Translations under genes and position numbers: made by a program
The notes under the pieces: generated by a model
Told to the model about the DNA's origin: nothing
Database searches by the model: none
The model's input: only the letters and a program-made list of their open reading frames with translations
Shown here: positions 19,135 through 29,230 of the stretch, one piece after another
Layout of the letters: each line of letters begins with the position of its first letter
Position numbering within the stretch: the stretch's first letter is position 1
Virus record (IMG/VR): IMGVR_UViG_3300012005_000004
Coordinates: 1-64,000 of that record
Strand: one strand, 5' to 3'
DNA length: 64,000 nucleotides
Source of the DNA: a virus

Positions 19135-20163
19135 ATGAAATCAACAATGTCGTACTTTTCGACCAGCTTCATCTTCACATTGGTCGCCCTAGTATTTTGT
19201 TACTTTGTCGCGGGCATCGAAGGAGCCTTCTTGGCTGGAGTTCTAGGGATCTTAGAGACCAGCCTATCGATGGACAACGCCGTCGTAAATTCCACGGTCC
19301 TTCGCGACATGGACCAAGTATGGAGGAAGCGTTTCCTGACTTGGGGTATGGTTATCGCCGTGTTTGGAATGCGACTCGTGTTCCCAGTCTTGATCGTCTG
19401 GGCTACCAGCACGCTAGGCCTTGTAGAATCTGCTGTACTTCCCTTTAAAAACCCACACCTCTATGAAACTACGCTGACGGCCGCTCATGTAAGCATCGCG
19501 GGCTTCGGTGGAACGTTCTTGCTGATGGTCTTCCTGAAGTTCTTCATCGATGATTCAAAGGAGGAACACTGGGTACCATTCGTAGAAAGCGTCATGGTCA
19601 AGGCTGGACGTATCGAAGCAGTACAGATCATCTTGGCTCTTGCGGTGGCTGCTGTAGTTACGCTGCTGCTGCCTGCCATCGATAAGATGCAGTTTATTCA
19701 ATCGGCCGTGTGGGGCATCATCGCTTACCTAGTAGTTGACGGCATCGGCGCGATCTTTGAGTCCGATGAAACTGAAGGATCAGTCGCCGCATCTGTCGCT
19801 AAGGCTGGGATCGCCTCATTCCTTTACCTCGAGATGGTTGACGCATCCTTCAGCTTTGACGGCGTAATCGGAGCGTTTGCGGTTACCAACAATGTTATCT
19901 TGATCGCGCTTGGCCTCGGGATCGGCGCCATGTTTGTCCGGTCGTTGACCTTGTTGATGGTAGACAAGAATACTCTCGGAACCTTCCGTTACCTGGAACA
20001 TGGAGCCTTCTGGTCGATCGGAGTTCTTGCCATCTGTATGTTCCTCGGCATCGTCGTTGACATCCCAGAGGTTGTCACGGGATTGTCGGCCGCGGTTATC
20101 TTGGGACTTGCTCTCGGACACTCCGTATATGCAAACCGTAAAGAGCTGGCGTTGGCCTCTTAG
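19135..20163 (+). CDS. DUF475 / TerC-like integral membrane protein
   Basis: LETSLSMDNAVVN, FLYLEMVDASFSFDGVIGAFA, YLEHGA. Confidence 0.9.
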   Translation: MKSTMSYFSTSFIFTLVALVFCYFVAGIEGAFLAGVLGILETSLSMDNAVVNSTVLRDMDQVWRKRFLTWGMVIAVFGMRLVFPVLIVWATSTLGLVESAVLPFKNPHLYETTLTAAHVSIAGFGGTFLLMVFLKFFIDDSKEEHWVPFVESVMVKAGRIEAVQIILALAVAAVVTLLLPAIDKMQFIQSAVWGIIAYLVVDGIGAIFESDETEGSVAASVAKAGIASFLYLEMVDASFSFDGVIGAFAVTNNVILIALGLGIGAMFVRSLTLLMVDKNTLGTFRYLEHGAFWSIGVLAICMFLGIVVDIPEVVTGLSAAVILGLALGHSVYANRKELALAS

Positions 20164-20171
20164 AGATAAAA

Positions 20172-20432
20172 ATGATACTACCTAAAGATCTTCTTGATCA
20201 AATATCGTATTATGAGTATAACACTCAACGGGTGAATCGATTCGCGACGAACACACTCACACAATCAAAATTTATATTACATTTTAAGCAATGGTGGAAA
20301 CCAAGTAAAACTATCTTCATCAATTGGTTACAGCGAACAACTCAAGACGGTGATTTATTGATTTTCGAAGAACCAGATGAAAGTAGAGAACTTAGAGATC
20401 AACTACACTTATACATTCAAGATAGAAACTAG
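20172..20432 (+). CDS. Hypothetical protein
   Basis: AT-rich ORF inserted in Ter cluster. Confidence 0.5.
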   Translation: MILPKDLLDQISYYEYNTQRVNRFATNTLTQSKFILHFKQWWKPSKTIFINWLQRTTQDGDLLIFEEPDESRELRDQLHLYIQDRN

Positions 20433-20457
20433 TTTCATAACTGTTAAGGAATAGATC

Positions 20458-21723
20458 ATGCAACCAACCCGTCTAGGTGGAGCTCCAAACCTTCAAGCTC
20501 AACCAGCATCACCGCCTGCTGCTGTAGTTGAATCGATGATGCCAGACTTTTTGACGCCAAAGACAGAACAATCGGTTATGGTAGCACCAACGATGAGCAC
20601 ATCGATCACATTACCACCAAACTTCCCGGTCACCTTCCCTGAGCAAAAGATGCGGCAGATAGAAGGAGATGTCAAGAAGTTTGACTTTGACAAGATCTCG
20701 ATGCGAGACATTGCCATGATCGGAACCGAGGTCGAGCAGGAGCTTCACAAGACACTTGGTGTCTTCCTAGCGAAGATCAACCAGGGTGACCAACCAAAGC
20801 TGTTCAAGCTTGTTGAAAAGCTCAAGGATGAGGTCGACAAGGAGAACCTTGGTGAGCTTGCTGATAAGATTCTCAACGCCCAGCCTGGCATGATCGATAA
20901 GCTCAAGGGGATGTTCAGCGCAAAGTCGCTATCAAAGGCGTCCAACAATGCGTTCGAGAACGTTCGGCTGCTGGCCGCAGGCAAGACCAAGACGCTGACC
21001 GAGGTTATCGCCAAGATGGAGCAGGAACTCGCGGTTGAGATGAACCGGCTCGAAGGAGAGGTTAAGAACATGGAGGCGCTTAAGAACGCGTACGTCGATC
21101 GCTTCATGGACTATGCCTACTTGACGGTTTACATGATCGGCATCCATGAAAAAGCTCAACAGTACGTTGCTGCAGTTGAAGCGCAAGGCCAAGTCGATCC
21201 TACTTTCCTCAATGACCTTCGGGCTAAGTTTCAAGCTCTGGAAAGCCGTGCATTGACCGTTGAAGGCATGATGACGAAGCTGCCTAGTGACCAGCTCGCG
21301 ATACGTCAGATCCAGAACGCCGGTGTCCAAACGCTCATGGAAACTGCGACGACATCATCGACCAGGTTTGCTTCGATCAAGATGACGCTGATTAAGATCA
21401 ACGGTGCGTTGATCGTTCAAGGTGTTCAACGGTTGAGCGCTCAAGGAAAAGCTCTTGATGAAACGCTGCAAACCGTCGATCGCAAGCTGATGAATGAAGT
21501 TGTCACCGTCGCCGCAAACGCTCCTGGAGATAATCGATTGGCTCAAGCCCAACAGCTCCAACAGGTCATCGCTGACACCAAAGCGCTCCAGGTGATCGTC
21601 GAGCAAGCACGGGTGAAGAACTCCGCACAGTTCCAGCAGGCCCGCGAGATCTTCTCTCAAGCCCGAGCTGATATGCAGCAGCTTGGAACTACCATCCGCC
21701 CAGACCAACCGCTTGGATATTAA
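20458..21723 (+). CDS. telA: Toxic anion resistance protein TelA/KlaA-like
   Basis: Long coiled coil with IG.E.EQ, IRQIQ pattern; Ter-cluster context. Confidence 0.7.
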   Translation: MQPTRLGGAPNLQAQPASPPAAVVESMMPDFLTPKTEQSVMVAPTMSTSITLPPNFPVTFPEQKMRQIEGDVKKFDFDKISMRDIAMIGTEVEQELHKTLGVFLAKINQGDQPKLFKLVEKLKDEVDKENLGELADKILNAQPGMIDKLKGMFSAKSLSKASNNAFENVRLLAAGKTKTLTEVIAKMEQELAVEMNRLEGEVKNMEALKNAYVDRFMDYAYLTVYMIGIHEKAQQYVAAVEAQGQVDPTFLNDLRAKFQALESRALTVEGMMTKLPSDQLAIRQIQNAGVQTLMETATTSSTRFASIKMTLIKINGALIVQGVQRLSAQGKALDETLQTVDRKLMNEVVTVAANAPGDNRLAQAQQLQQVIADTKALQVIVEQARVKNSAQFQQAREIFSQARADMQQLGTTIRPDQPLGY

Positions 21724-21725
21724 AG

Positions 21726-21911
21726 ATGACGAAGGAAGAAGTTAAAAAACATCTTGAGAATAATGAAACATTGGGTGGCGGTTCATGGGTATTTTCTAAA
21801 AACTGTATGAACTGCGGAGATGGCTGCTGTTATCAAGAATTTAGCGGCGTAGAAGAAGCTCTTGAAAACATAGGATGGTACGTTGATCTTGATGAATTAG
21901 AAGTTGTTTGA
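21726..21911 (+). CDS. Small Cys-rich hypothetical protein
   Basis: CMNCGDGCC. Confidence 0.55.
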   Translation: MTKEEVKKHLENNETLGGGSWVFSKNCMNCGDGCCYQEFSGVEEALENIGWYVDLDELEVV

Positions 21912-21932
21912 TCACATAATTTAGGAAAAACT

Positions 21933-22202
21933 ATGACTTCAGAAGATATCTATCGAGCAGCTCTTATCGAGCTCGCAGATGAAGGAAATGAGAAAGCGAA
22001 ATTTGCTCTCGGTATGGGATCTAGAGTTAGCGAAAACTCTAGAGAGATTCGTCCAAATGTTTCTACTGCTCTACAAAAAGCATCTGGTGAATTGACCAGA
22101 GCGCTAAGGTTGAATGGAGATGAGTGGACTAAAGAAACCGACAGAGCTGTTTCTGCTGCCCACGCCTACTTAATGGAAGCGATGTCTCAATTAGCTAGAT
22201 AG
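21933..22202 (+). CDS. Hypothetical protein
   Basis: AGGA SD. Confidence 0.6.
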   Translation: MTSEDIYRAALIELADEGNEKAKFALGMGSRVSENSREIRPNVSTALQKASGELTRALRLNGDEWTKETDRAVSAAHAYLMEAMSQLAR

Positions 22203-22208
22203 AGAAAC

Positions 22209-23162
22209 ATGAACGAACTCGCGGTCATCACGACTTACTACAACCCAGTTCGCTATCAAACGCGTCGCAAGAACTATGACGTTTTTATGGCGGGTATGAA
22301 GAAAGCTGGAGTGACTTGCATCACAGTCGAATGTGCGTTCGGAGATGAACCGTTTGAGCTAGAAGAATCTCCAGCTGTTATCCAGCTTCGATCTAAAACC
22401 TTGGTTTGGCAAAAAGAGAGGTTGATTAACATCGCCGCGTCCTACGTTCCAGATCATTTTAAGTATATCGCTTGGATCGATTGTGACGTCGTATTCATGA
22501 ATAACAGCTGGGTAAAAGATACAATAAAGGTTCTCAAGAAGCACCAGGTGGCCCAGCTCTTCAAAACTTGTATGAGGTTGGATAAGCATGGCGACCGCAC
22601 AAATGACATCTCTGAGTCCTTCGCCTCGGTGATGAGCGATCATCCAGAATATCTCAACTATGAACGGTATGACAAGCATGGTCACACCGGTTACGCTTGG
22701 GCGATGCGCCGGGAGATCTTTGATAAGGTTGGATTATATGAAGCTGCGATCTCAGGCAGCGCAGATCACTTCATGGCTCATGCCATCTATGATGATTACA
22801 ACTTTTGCATTCAAAATGCTCTCAAGCATGATGAATTTCAGATCTCACATTTAAAGGAGTGGGGAAAGAGATTCTATGAGATAGTTAAAGGATCGCTAGG
22901 ATGTGTACAAGGAGAGATCGAGCACCTTTGGCATGGAGATGCGGTTGATCGGCGGTACTTCCTCCGTATGCATGAGATTACAGAGCTTGGATTTAATCCG
23001 TGGACAGACATAGTTTCACTTCCAGGAAAGCCTCTTGATTGGAGTCCTGGAATGAATAAACTGGGGCTAGTAAAGTACTTCGATAATTACTTTAGGGGCC
23101 GTCGAGAAGATGGAGCTAAAGAACCAGTGAGTCACCATTGTGGAGAAACTTGTGTCGTATAA
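22209..23162 (+). CDS. Putative glycosyltransferase, GT-A fold
   Basis: WQKERLINIA, WIDCD (DxD), GYAWA.RR, HLWHG. Confidence 0.7.
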   Translation: MNELAVITTYYNPVRYQTRRKNYDVFMAGMKKAGVTCITVECAFGDEPFELEESPAVIQLRSKTLVWQKERLINIAASYVPDHFKYIAWIDCDVVFMNNSWVKDTIKVLKKHQVAQLFKTCMRLDKHGDRTNDISESFASVMSDHPEYLNYERYDKHGHTGYAWAMRREIFDKVGLYEAAISGSADHFMAHAIYDDYNFCIQNALKHDEFQISHLKEWGKRFYEIVKGSLGCVQGEIEHLWHGDAVDRRYFLRMHEITELGFNPWTDIVSLPGKPLDWSPGMNKLGLVKYFDNYFRGRREDGAKEPVSHHCGETCVV

Positions 23163-23964
23163 TATTCCAGAAGCACGGGCTAGCCTAGATAAGAAGTTAG
23201 ATGATGTTAACGCTAACTTATCAACATTAAACTATAAGCAACGAGATAATTTCAACTCTCGCATAGCTTACATCAGCGAAGAAGCTAAAAGGATGCTTCC
23301 TGACTTTTCGAAGAACACAGAGAGCTATCTTGCTGAAGTAGCTCCAGATTTTGTGACTGAGAAAGTACATAAAATCTTCAAGTCGAATAGAAAGTTGCTT
23401 GGTGTTTTCAAGCGACGAAATTCTGATAACGCTCTATGGGGGCTTCACATCTCATTGAAGAGTTACCTTAATAGCTGTAAGTGGAGAGAGTTGCGTCACA
23501 TGGATGACTCTATAGAGATTGTCCAGAATGAAATCAATTCTCTCAACCAGGAGCGTGTAACTCTGATCAAGACTATCAATTCACTCAGAGATTTATCAGC
23601 GTCTGGTAAAAAACCCAGCCCACGTTTGAGGCTTGCTTTAACTAAATCCTCACAAAATAATATTACTCCATCATCAAAAGCTAGGTTGAAGAGAATCCAA
23701 GAAGAACCATCTTACCAACCTGATTATCAAGAGAATGATGATTTAGATCTGTTAAAGCTGCTCATCATTGAACAACAGATGTTCGGCCAGACAGGCACCA
23801 TCGATTCGGTACACGGCGGTGGCGGAACGTTTGATGGAGGTGGAGCGTCTGGCAACTGGGACAGCGGACCGATGACCAATCCAGGATGTAACATTGACCT
23901 CATCAGCGCGGTGGTTGGAGCTGGTGTGATCGCAACAGATGATTCATTGGGGACGTTCTCTTAG
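23140..23964 (+). CDS. Hypothetical protein with Gly-rich GGGTFDGGGASGNW tail
   Basis: Coiled coil plus Gly-rich motif; start uncertain. Confidence 0.6.
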   Translation: MEKLVSYNIPEARASLDKKLDDVNANLSTLNYKQRDNFNSRIAYISEEAKRMLPDFSKNTESYLAEVAPDFVTEKVHKIFKSNRKLLGVFKRRNSDNALWGLHISLKSYLNSCKWRELRHMDDSIEIVQNEINSLNQERVTLIKTINSLRDLSASGKKPSPRLRLALTKSSQNNITPSSKARLKRIQEEPSYQPDYQENDDLDLLKLLIIEQQMFGQTGTIDSVHGGGGTFDGGGASGNWDSGPMTNPGCNIDLISAVVGAGVIATDDSLGTFS

Positions 23965-23966
23965 TT

Positions 23967-23996
23967 GTTTACACAAGGTGTGAAATGGTATAAGAT
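23967..23996 (+). promoter_or_regulatory. Early-type promoter
   Basis: GTTTAC-N18-TAAGAT. Confidence 0.6.
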
Positions 23997-24022
23997 GCAT
24001 CTACTCACTAAGGAGAACTTGC

Positions 24023-24379
24023 ATGGATCCATTTGAAGCCACTTTGAACGAGCTACGTAATTACTTGAAATCGCTTATGATCTCAAGTGAGCCGGTAACT
24101 AAGTTTGAGTACGGTGGTGACACCCCAGGATTTGAATTGATAACTCACTTCAAAGCGCTCTTACTTGGTGAAGATTCAGATTCTGCAGAAGTAATCTTTA
24201 AGATTCAAAAATTCTTTTCGGCACCAGATGTCTCTGTGAAATCAAATCCATCAGGTGAATTCATGATCGATTTGCGGTGGTCAACTCAGCCACCAAACAT
24301 GGATGCATTGTTAAACTTCGGCGTGGTAAATGATGGGCCATTTGCTGGTAATTTGTATTTCTCAATGTCACGTGGTTAA
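24023..24379 (+). CDS. Hypothetical protein
   Basis: AAGGAG SD. Confidence 0.65.
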   Translation: MDPFEATLNELRNYLKSLMISSEPVTKFEYGGDTPGFELITHFKALLLGEDSDSAEVIFKIQKFFSAPDVSVKSNPSGEFMIDLRWSTQPPNMDALLNFGVVNDGPFAGNLYFSMSRG

Positions 24380-24403
24380 CGTAGTTCAACTTAGGAGTTA
24401 ATT

Positions 24404-25042
24404 ATGAGTGCTCTCACTCTCAATCTGTCAAAACCTGGCGACGTCGCCCAAAAGCTGCAACTGAACCTCAAGAAGTCTGAAGCCTTCAAGGTCAAGCTTG
24501 CTTGGGAAGGCAACACCGACCTGGACCTGCACGCCCTGTTCTGCATCAATGACGGCTCCGGCGGAAAGATCAGCCAGCTCGAAGATATCCTTTCCACATA
24601 CAACGTCAAGCGGCGCCTCGGCGGCCAAGAAGCCGGCACACTGACCAAAAATCCCGATGGCACCTTCGCAATTCACGGTGGAGCCCTCATTCACAGCGCC
24701 GACGTAGACAATGGCGACTCATCCGAAGATGAAGATGAATGGATCCGTGTCGATCCTTCCAAGATGACGATCCCGCCCGGATCAGCCATCGAGATTCCAA
24801 TCATCGCGATGATTCATCCTCAGTCTTCCGGCCGGAACTTCAGCGGCGTTCAGAATGCCAAGGTGTCCGTGGAAGATGCCAACGGGACCGTCCTCATGTC
24901 GGCGAACCTCTCAGCCCAGTTCGGTCAGTTCGTCGGTGTGCAGATGGGTTCGATCATGATTGAAGACACCGGAACGAGCTTCGCTCAGGTTGGCGTCGGC
25001 TTCAACGAGGACTTCAACGGCGTCCTGGGCCACTTCTCCTGA
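24404..25042 (+). CDS. terD: TerD-family stress protein
   Basis: LNLKK, L.W...DLDLHAL, HSAD...G...DEWI.VD. Confidence 0.8.
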   Translation: MSALTLNLSKPGDVAQKLQLNLKKSEAFKVKLAWEGNTDLDLHALFCINDGSGGKISQLEDILSTYNVKRRLGGQEAGTLTKNPDGTFAIHGGALIHSADVDNGDSSEDEDEWIRVDPSKMTIPPGSAIEIPIIAMIHPQSSGRNFSGVQNAKVSVEDANGTVLMSANLSAQFGQFVGVQMGSIMIEDTGTSFAQVGVGFNEDFNGVLGHFS

Positions 25043-25043
25043 G

Positions 25044-26066
25044 ATGAAACCGACCATCATCGGCGAGAAGAAAGTAGAGGTCACCAAGGTGTTTAAGCCA
25101 ACTGTGATCTCTACTCAAAGCTCGCCGGTGGAGACTCCTCCCATGAAACCGACATCATTTAAGCCGACTACCATTCCTCAATCGGAGACAAAGCCGAATG
25201 ATCCAGAGGAACCAAAGGCTTCATTTAAGCCGACCTCGTGGGAATCAAAGGTTCCTCCTCCAGAGGTAAAGCCAGTTCATCAGCCGATCGGACCTTCAAA
25301 GCTTCCTGGACAAGAGCGCCACACGTTGGATGTTTCATTTGATGAGGTCAAGAAGAAATTCATAGCCTACGATGATGATATCATCCAAGCAACACGAGAT
25401 ACGCTTTGTGGTGTTATCATCGAGTCAATGGATACACAAGCCACCATGATGTTCGGCGTCAAGGTTCAACAAAGCTACAGCATCATCGTTGACAAGTGGC
25501 TCAAGGTCCTTGAAGGCGATCAGGTTAGAACCACAGGTCGGCACGTTCAGCGATTGAAGGAAGTTCTTCAAACCGTCGCTGATTCTTTGACCGCAGGACA
25601 ACCATGGTTTCGTCGTGAAACTATCCAGGGACGCTTTGATAAGGTAAAACCAGAGATAGAACAGCTTAGACAGCTCCTTCGTACTGGTGAACAACAGCTC
25701 TCAGTGGCAAATCGAGAGCTGACCGAGTTGAAGCTGTCTACTCAGCGCTTGATTAAGGAAGCGACAGGTTACATGCTCGCGTGCGAGTACATCATACCTA
25801 AGCTTCCAGAAGACAAGGGACGTCTCTTGAATGATCGTGGTATGTCTTTGACTAAGACGATCAGCTTGCTTCAAACTCAAGCGATGAAGCTAGATCAAGA
25901 TGAACAGAACATAACAGCGCTATTAACTAATATCCAGGATGGTGTGCTTATTGCCCTTCCTGCACTTTTATCAACCGTAGCAACGGCCGTTCAAGATGAG
26001 AAGAATGACACACAGCGGTTCGTCGTTCGTGATCAATTGATGGACGTCATCCGTAAGTTAACTTAA
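25044..26066 (+). CDS. Second TelA-like coiled-coil protein with Pro-rich (F/M)KPT repeat N-terminus
   Basis: FKPT/MKPT repeats; FG..VQ motif and coiled coil; Ter context. Confidence 0.6.
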   Translation: MKPTIIGEKKVEVTKVFKPTVISTQSSPVETPPMKPTSFKPTTIPQSETKPNDPEEPKASFKPTSWESKVPPPEVKPVHQPIGPSKLPGQERHTLDVSFDEVKKKFIAYDDDIIQATRDTLCGVIIESMDTQATMMFGVKVQQSYSIIVDKWLKVLEGDQVRTTGRHVQRLKEVLQTVADSLTAGQPWFRRETIQGRFDKVKPEIEQLRQLLRTGEQQLSVANRELTELKLSTQRLIKEATGYMLACEYIIPKLPEDKGRLLNDRGMSLTKTISLLQTQAMKLDQDEQNITALLTNIQDGVLIALPALLSTVATAVQDEKNDTQRFVVRDQLMDVIRKLT

Positions 26067-26075
26067 GGAAATCAA

Positions 26076-26843
26076 ATGGCAATTACACTGAATCTTCAGA
26101 AATCCCAAGCAGCTCTGCAATTGAACTTGCAAAAGGCCGGTATCATCACACCTCCTTCCGTTGAGATGATGTTCATCCTTGACGTCAGTGGTTCTTTTGA
26201 AACTGAGCATATCAATGGCACCACGAATGACCTGATCACACGGCTCGTTCCGTGGGGTATGACCTTTGACCCGGACAAGAAGCTTGACTTGCTGACCTTC
26301 TCCAATGGTCCAAACTCTGTACAAAATGTAGGTCCTGTAACCGACGCCAACTATAAGGACTTTGTCAAGAAGAACATCATCAACAAGGTTGAAGGTTGGA
26401 ACGGCGGAACTGACTATAGCTACGCTCTCGAAGAATCGCTGAAGGAATTTGGTTGGATCGGTGAAGGTATCGGTGGAGCGGCGCCAGCCGAAAAACCTGG
26501 GTTCTTCGGTAAGCTCTTCAGTAAGAAGGAAACTCCAGCCATCACCGCTCCAACTTCACAGAAACGAAAGTCTCTTGTCATCTTCGTTACTGACGGTGAA
26601 AACAGCGATCGTGACCGGACCACGAAGATCCTCCAGGAATCTGAAAACCGCCATGACGGCTGCTACTTCCTCTTCATCGGCGTTGGCCATGGCAACTTCT
26701 CCTACCTCAAGCAAGCTGGAGATAAGTTTGCCAACACTGCCTTCTACGAGATCAAGGACCTGAAGAAGTTCATCAGCATGTCCGACGAGGACCTGTACGG
26801 TGAGCTGATGCAGGAAGAGCTGATGTCCTGGATGAAATCCTAA
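26076..26843 (+). CDS. vWA domain protein (TerF-associated type)
   Basis: LDVSGS, GGTDY, FVTDGEN, FLFIGVG. Confidence 0.85.
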   Translation: MAITLNLQKSQAALQLNLQKAGIITPPSVEMMFILDVSGSFETEHINGTTNDLITRLVPWGMTFDPDKKLDLLTFSNGPNSVQNVGPVTDANYKDFVKKNIINKVEGWNGGTDYSYALEESLKEFGWIGEGIGGAAPAEKPGFFGKLFSKKETPAITAPTSQKRKSLVIFVTDGENSDRDRTTKILQESENRHDGCYFLFIGVGHGNFSYLKQAGDKFANTAFYEIKDLKKFISMSDEDLYGELMQEELMSWMKS

Positions 26844-27028
26844 GTATGCCAGTCTCACTGATTATCCTTCACATCGTTGATGATTTTGGAAATCAGATAC
26901 CGCCGTGCGATCTACCTTTTGATGTATATTGCCGGCGGTATGCTTATTTTATGGATGAGTGGTACTGGCACGGGATGGTATTTAGATGCACACCTACTCC
27001 GTTCTAGATAGTTTCGTGGAGGATAAAC

Positions 27029-27035
27029 ATAAATA
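27029..27035 (+). promoter_or_regulatory. T4-type late promoter box
   Basis: ATAAATA 8 nt before ATG, no SD in between. Confidence 0.6.
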
Positions 27036-27043
27036 GTCCTATT

Positions 27044-27553
27044 ATGGAACTATTAAAAGAACTCATCAAAATCCGCGAAGCGAATGACGAGGTGCTGTGT
27101 GAATCAGTCACTGAGTATCTCGCCACGGTTATCGCCTACCTCAAGTCTAAGAAGCATGAGGACCTATTCAACACCGAGAAGCCGCTGATCAAGGTTGACC
27201 ATCTTGCTTCGATCGTGGCCGGTCTAAGAGTTTTGTCTGACATAGAGCACCGCTCGATCCTGACCAAGGATGACATCCACATCAACCCGAACAACTCCCA
27301 CAACCTTTATGACTTCATGGACTCCTTCCCGAAGAACGGTAAGGGAACCCCAGCTTTGACTCTCAAGGTCCTCAAGGCCCTCAAGGAAGTTTCTCCTAAG
27401 ACCTTCGCGTCAGAGCTTCAAAAGTTTAAGGGATTGAAGACTAAGAATGATGCCGAGCGCGGAAAGCTGACGACCGAGCTAGAAAAGTTTGCAGCCAACG
27501 TAGGAACTATGTTCAACAAGGTTCGCTCTATCCATAATGGAGATGAGGACTAA
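27044..27553 (+). CDS. Hypothetical late protein, possible virion internal protein
   Basis: N-terminus MELLKELIKIRE resembles T4 capsid-targeting leader. Confidence 0.65.
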   Translation: MELLKELIKIREANDEVLCESVTEYLATVIAYLKSKKHEDLFNTEKPLIKVDHLASIVAGLRVLSDIEHRSILTKDDIHINPNNSHNLYDFMDSFPKNGKGTPALTLKVLKALKEVSPKTFASELQKFKGLKTKNDAERGKLTTELEKFAANVGTMFNKVRSIHNGDED

Positions 27554-27592
27554 GGCTGATAACTAGAACTATAATATATTTTGGAGGTCCTG

Positions 27593-27928
27593 ATGGACAT
27601 TAATATAGTAGGCTTTAACGGTGAACCACTCACCGTTGCTGTAGATTACATTTCACGCCCATCTTATGGTAACTTAACACGAGTTTATAATAAAGATGGT
27701 AATAAAATGTTAGTGGGTGATTTGACCGCACATCCTCTAACGATTCGCGCCAGTGAAGAAGTATTTTCAAAATTACGATCGATGTCGCCATTTAATATTG
27801 TTTTTATCAAGGATAACCTGACGTTCCAAGTTAATAATGTATGGGAACTTGTTCAACACGAAGATGTTAAAGGATCTCGCGACTACTATTTTGAAACCTC
27901 ACACGTGACAGAAGTGTTCAAAGGATGA
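27593..27928 (+). CDS. Hypothetical protein
   Basis: GGAGG SD before ATG 27593. Confidence 0.65.
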   Translation: MDINIVGFNGEPLTVAVDYISRPSYGNLTRVYNKDGNKMLVGDLTAHPLTIRASEEVFSKLRSMSPFNIVFIKDNLTFQVNNVWELVQHEDVKGSRDYYFETSHVTEVFKG

Positions 27929-28010
27929 CTTAAGCAAAATCTGCAATGTCACGAGCTAGCTGCTCTTGTAACAACGACTAATTTTCACCTCACCCCTTAA
28001 AGAGAATCAC

Positions 28011-28187
28011 ATGAATAGCTACGTCAAAAATTGTCATATTATTACACGCGCTGGTGCGGTCGGGCCTTTGTTCCGACAAGAAGGCGATAAAGTTATAGCT
28101 GCTTTAGATGGCTACGCAATTATGCCAGTGGAGCAACTCCGTGAGCTGCAAGCTAAAGCTGGTGTGCCTTTAGCAGATGCAGACTAA
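28011..28187 (+). CDS. Small hypothetical protein (58 aa)
   Basis: ORF read by hand; AGAG SD. Confidence 0.5.
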   Translation: MNSYVKNCHIITRAGAVGPLFRQEGDKVIAALDGYAIMPVEQLRELQAKAGVPLADAD

Positions 28188-28265
28188 TGAGCAAAAACAA
28201 TATGACCCGAATCACACTAAACGGTAGGAGAGATTCTCGGTAGTATATGTTTATGTTTTCAGAGT

Positions 28266-28300
28266 GATAAAGGAGCTATTTTAGCTCCTTTTATCATTTT
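28266..28300 (+). terminator. Terminator hairpin
   Basis: AAAGGAGCTA-ttt-TAGCTCCTTT then T-run. Confidence 0.65.
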
Positions 28301-28322
28301 TACTCAATATTTTCATAGCTGA

Positions 28323-28352
28323 ATGTACTTTATGCTAGTGATGTGATACTAT
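28323..28352 (+). promoter_or_regulatory. Early-type promoter
   Basis: ATGTAC-N18-TACTAT. Confidence 0.6.
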
Positions 28353-28385
28353 ATCCTTCTAGAACCTTTCACCGGAATTCATAAA

Positions 28386-28802
28386 ATGAATACACAGATC
28401 GAAGACGTAGAAGCTATTACTCCTGAATCAACAACCACGGAATCAACAACCACCAATTTTTATCAAACGGTTGATGCTCCTCCACAATCCGCCGATGGCT
28501 CTTTGGATTTGATCATGACACACCTTGGATCAAAGTTTGATGATATCGGTCGCCGCGTTACAATGATTCAATACTTGCTGGAGAACGACACATTTAAGCT
28601 GGCGTCGAAGCAAACACGCAATAACCTTCTTCATGGCTTGCTCGAAGATATTGGCGTCTTTGAGGAGATCTCAAAGGTAGCGGTTCGCTCGTTGAAAAAG
28701 ATCAAGCGTGAGCGGGCCTCTGAAGATCGTTTGGATCAGCTTTTATTAATCGATCCAGATTACATCACTAGCGCCAAAGAAGATATCTCCAATGATGCTT
28801 AA
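28386..28802 (+). CDS. Hypothetical protein
   Basis: ESTTT duplication near N-terminus. Confidence 0.65.
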   Translation: MNTQIEDVEAITPESTTTESTTTNFYQTVDAPPQSADGSLDLIMTHLGSKFDDIGRRVTMIQYLLENDTFKLASKQTRNNLLHGLLEDIGVFEEISKVAVRSLKKIKRERASEDRLDQLLLIDPDYITSAKEDISNDA

Positions 28803-29223
28803 AGATCTAACATACGTTAATTCACGATACCTTGCGTTCGTCTTAGATGACGCATGCAAGGCTCACCTCTTGAAAGTTTGTCCGCCGAACTTCGAGAAGG
28901 TTTATTGTGACCACGTGACGATCGCATTGAGCCCATCAGAAGAGACCTTTGAGAAAATCAAGCGCCGGTGGAATACAGAGCCTGATGTTGAAGCTTTGTT
29001 AATCGTCATCGGCGATGATATCGAAGCGTTGGTATGTACCGTTGATAAGGATAGTCAAAGATTATTCGCTCATGATAAGGGAACTTACCACGTGACGATG
29101 TCTCTGAATCCACCGCGAAAACCAGCTAACTCCAAAGAGCTAATCTCCAAGTCTGTTGGTGTCAAGCGTATTCCATTCAAAGATCCAATAAAGTTGACCG
29201 GAAAGTTCAAATTCGTGGTATAA
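28792..29223 (+). CDS. 2H phosphoesterase (cyclic phosphodiesterase-like)
   Basis: Two HxT motifs (DHVTI, YHVTM) about 58 aa apart. Confidence 0.75.
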   Translation: MMLKDLTYVNSRYLAFVLDDACKAHLLKVCPPNFEKVYCDHVTIALSPSEETFEKIKRRWNTEPDVEALLIVIGDDIEALVCTVDKDSQRLFAHDKGTYHVTMSLNPPRKPANSKELISKSVGVKRIPFKDPIKLTGKFKFVV

Positions 29224-29230
29224 TAGTAGA

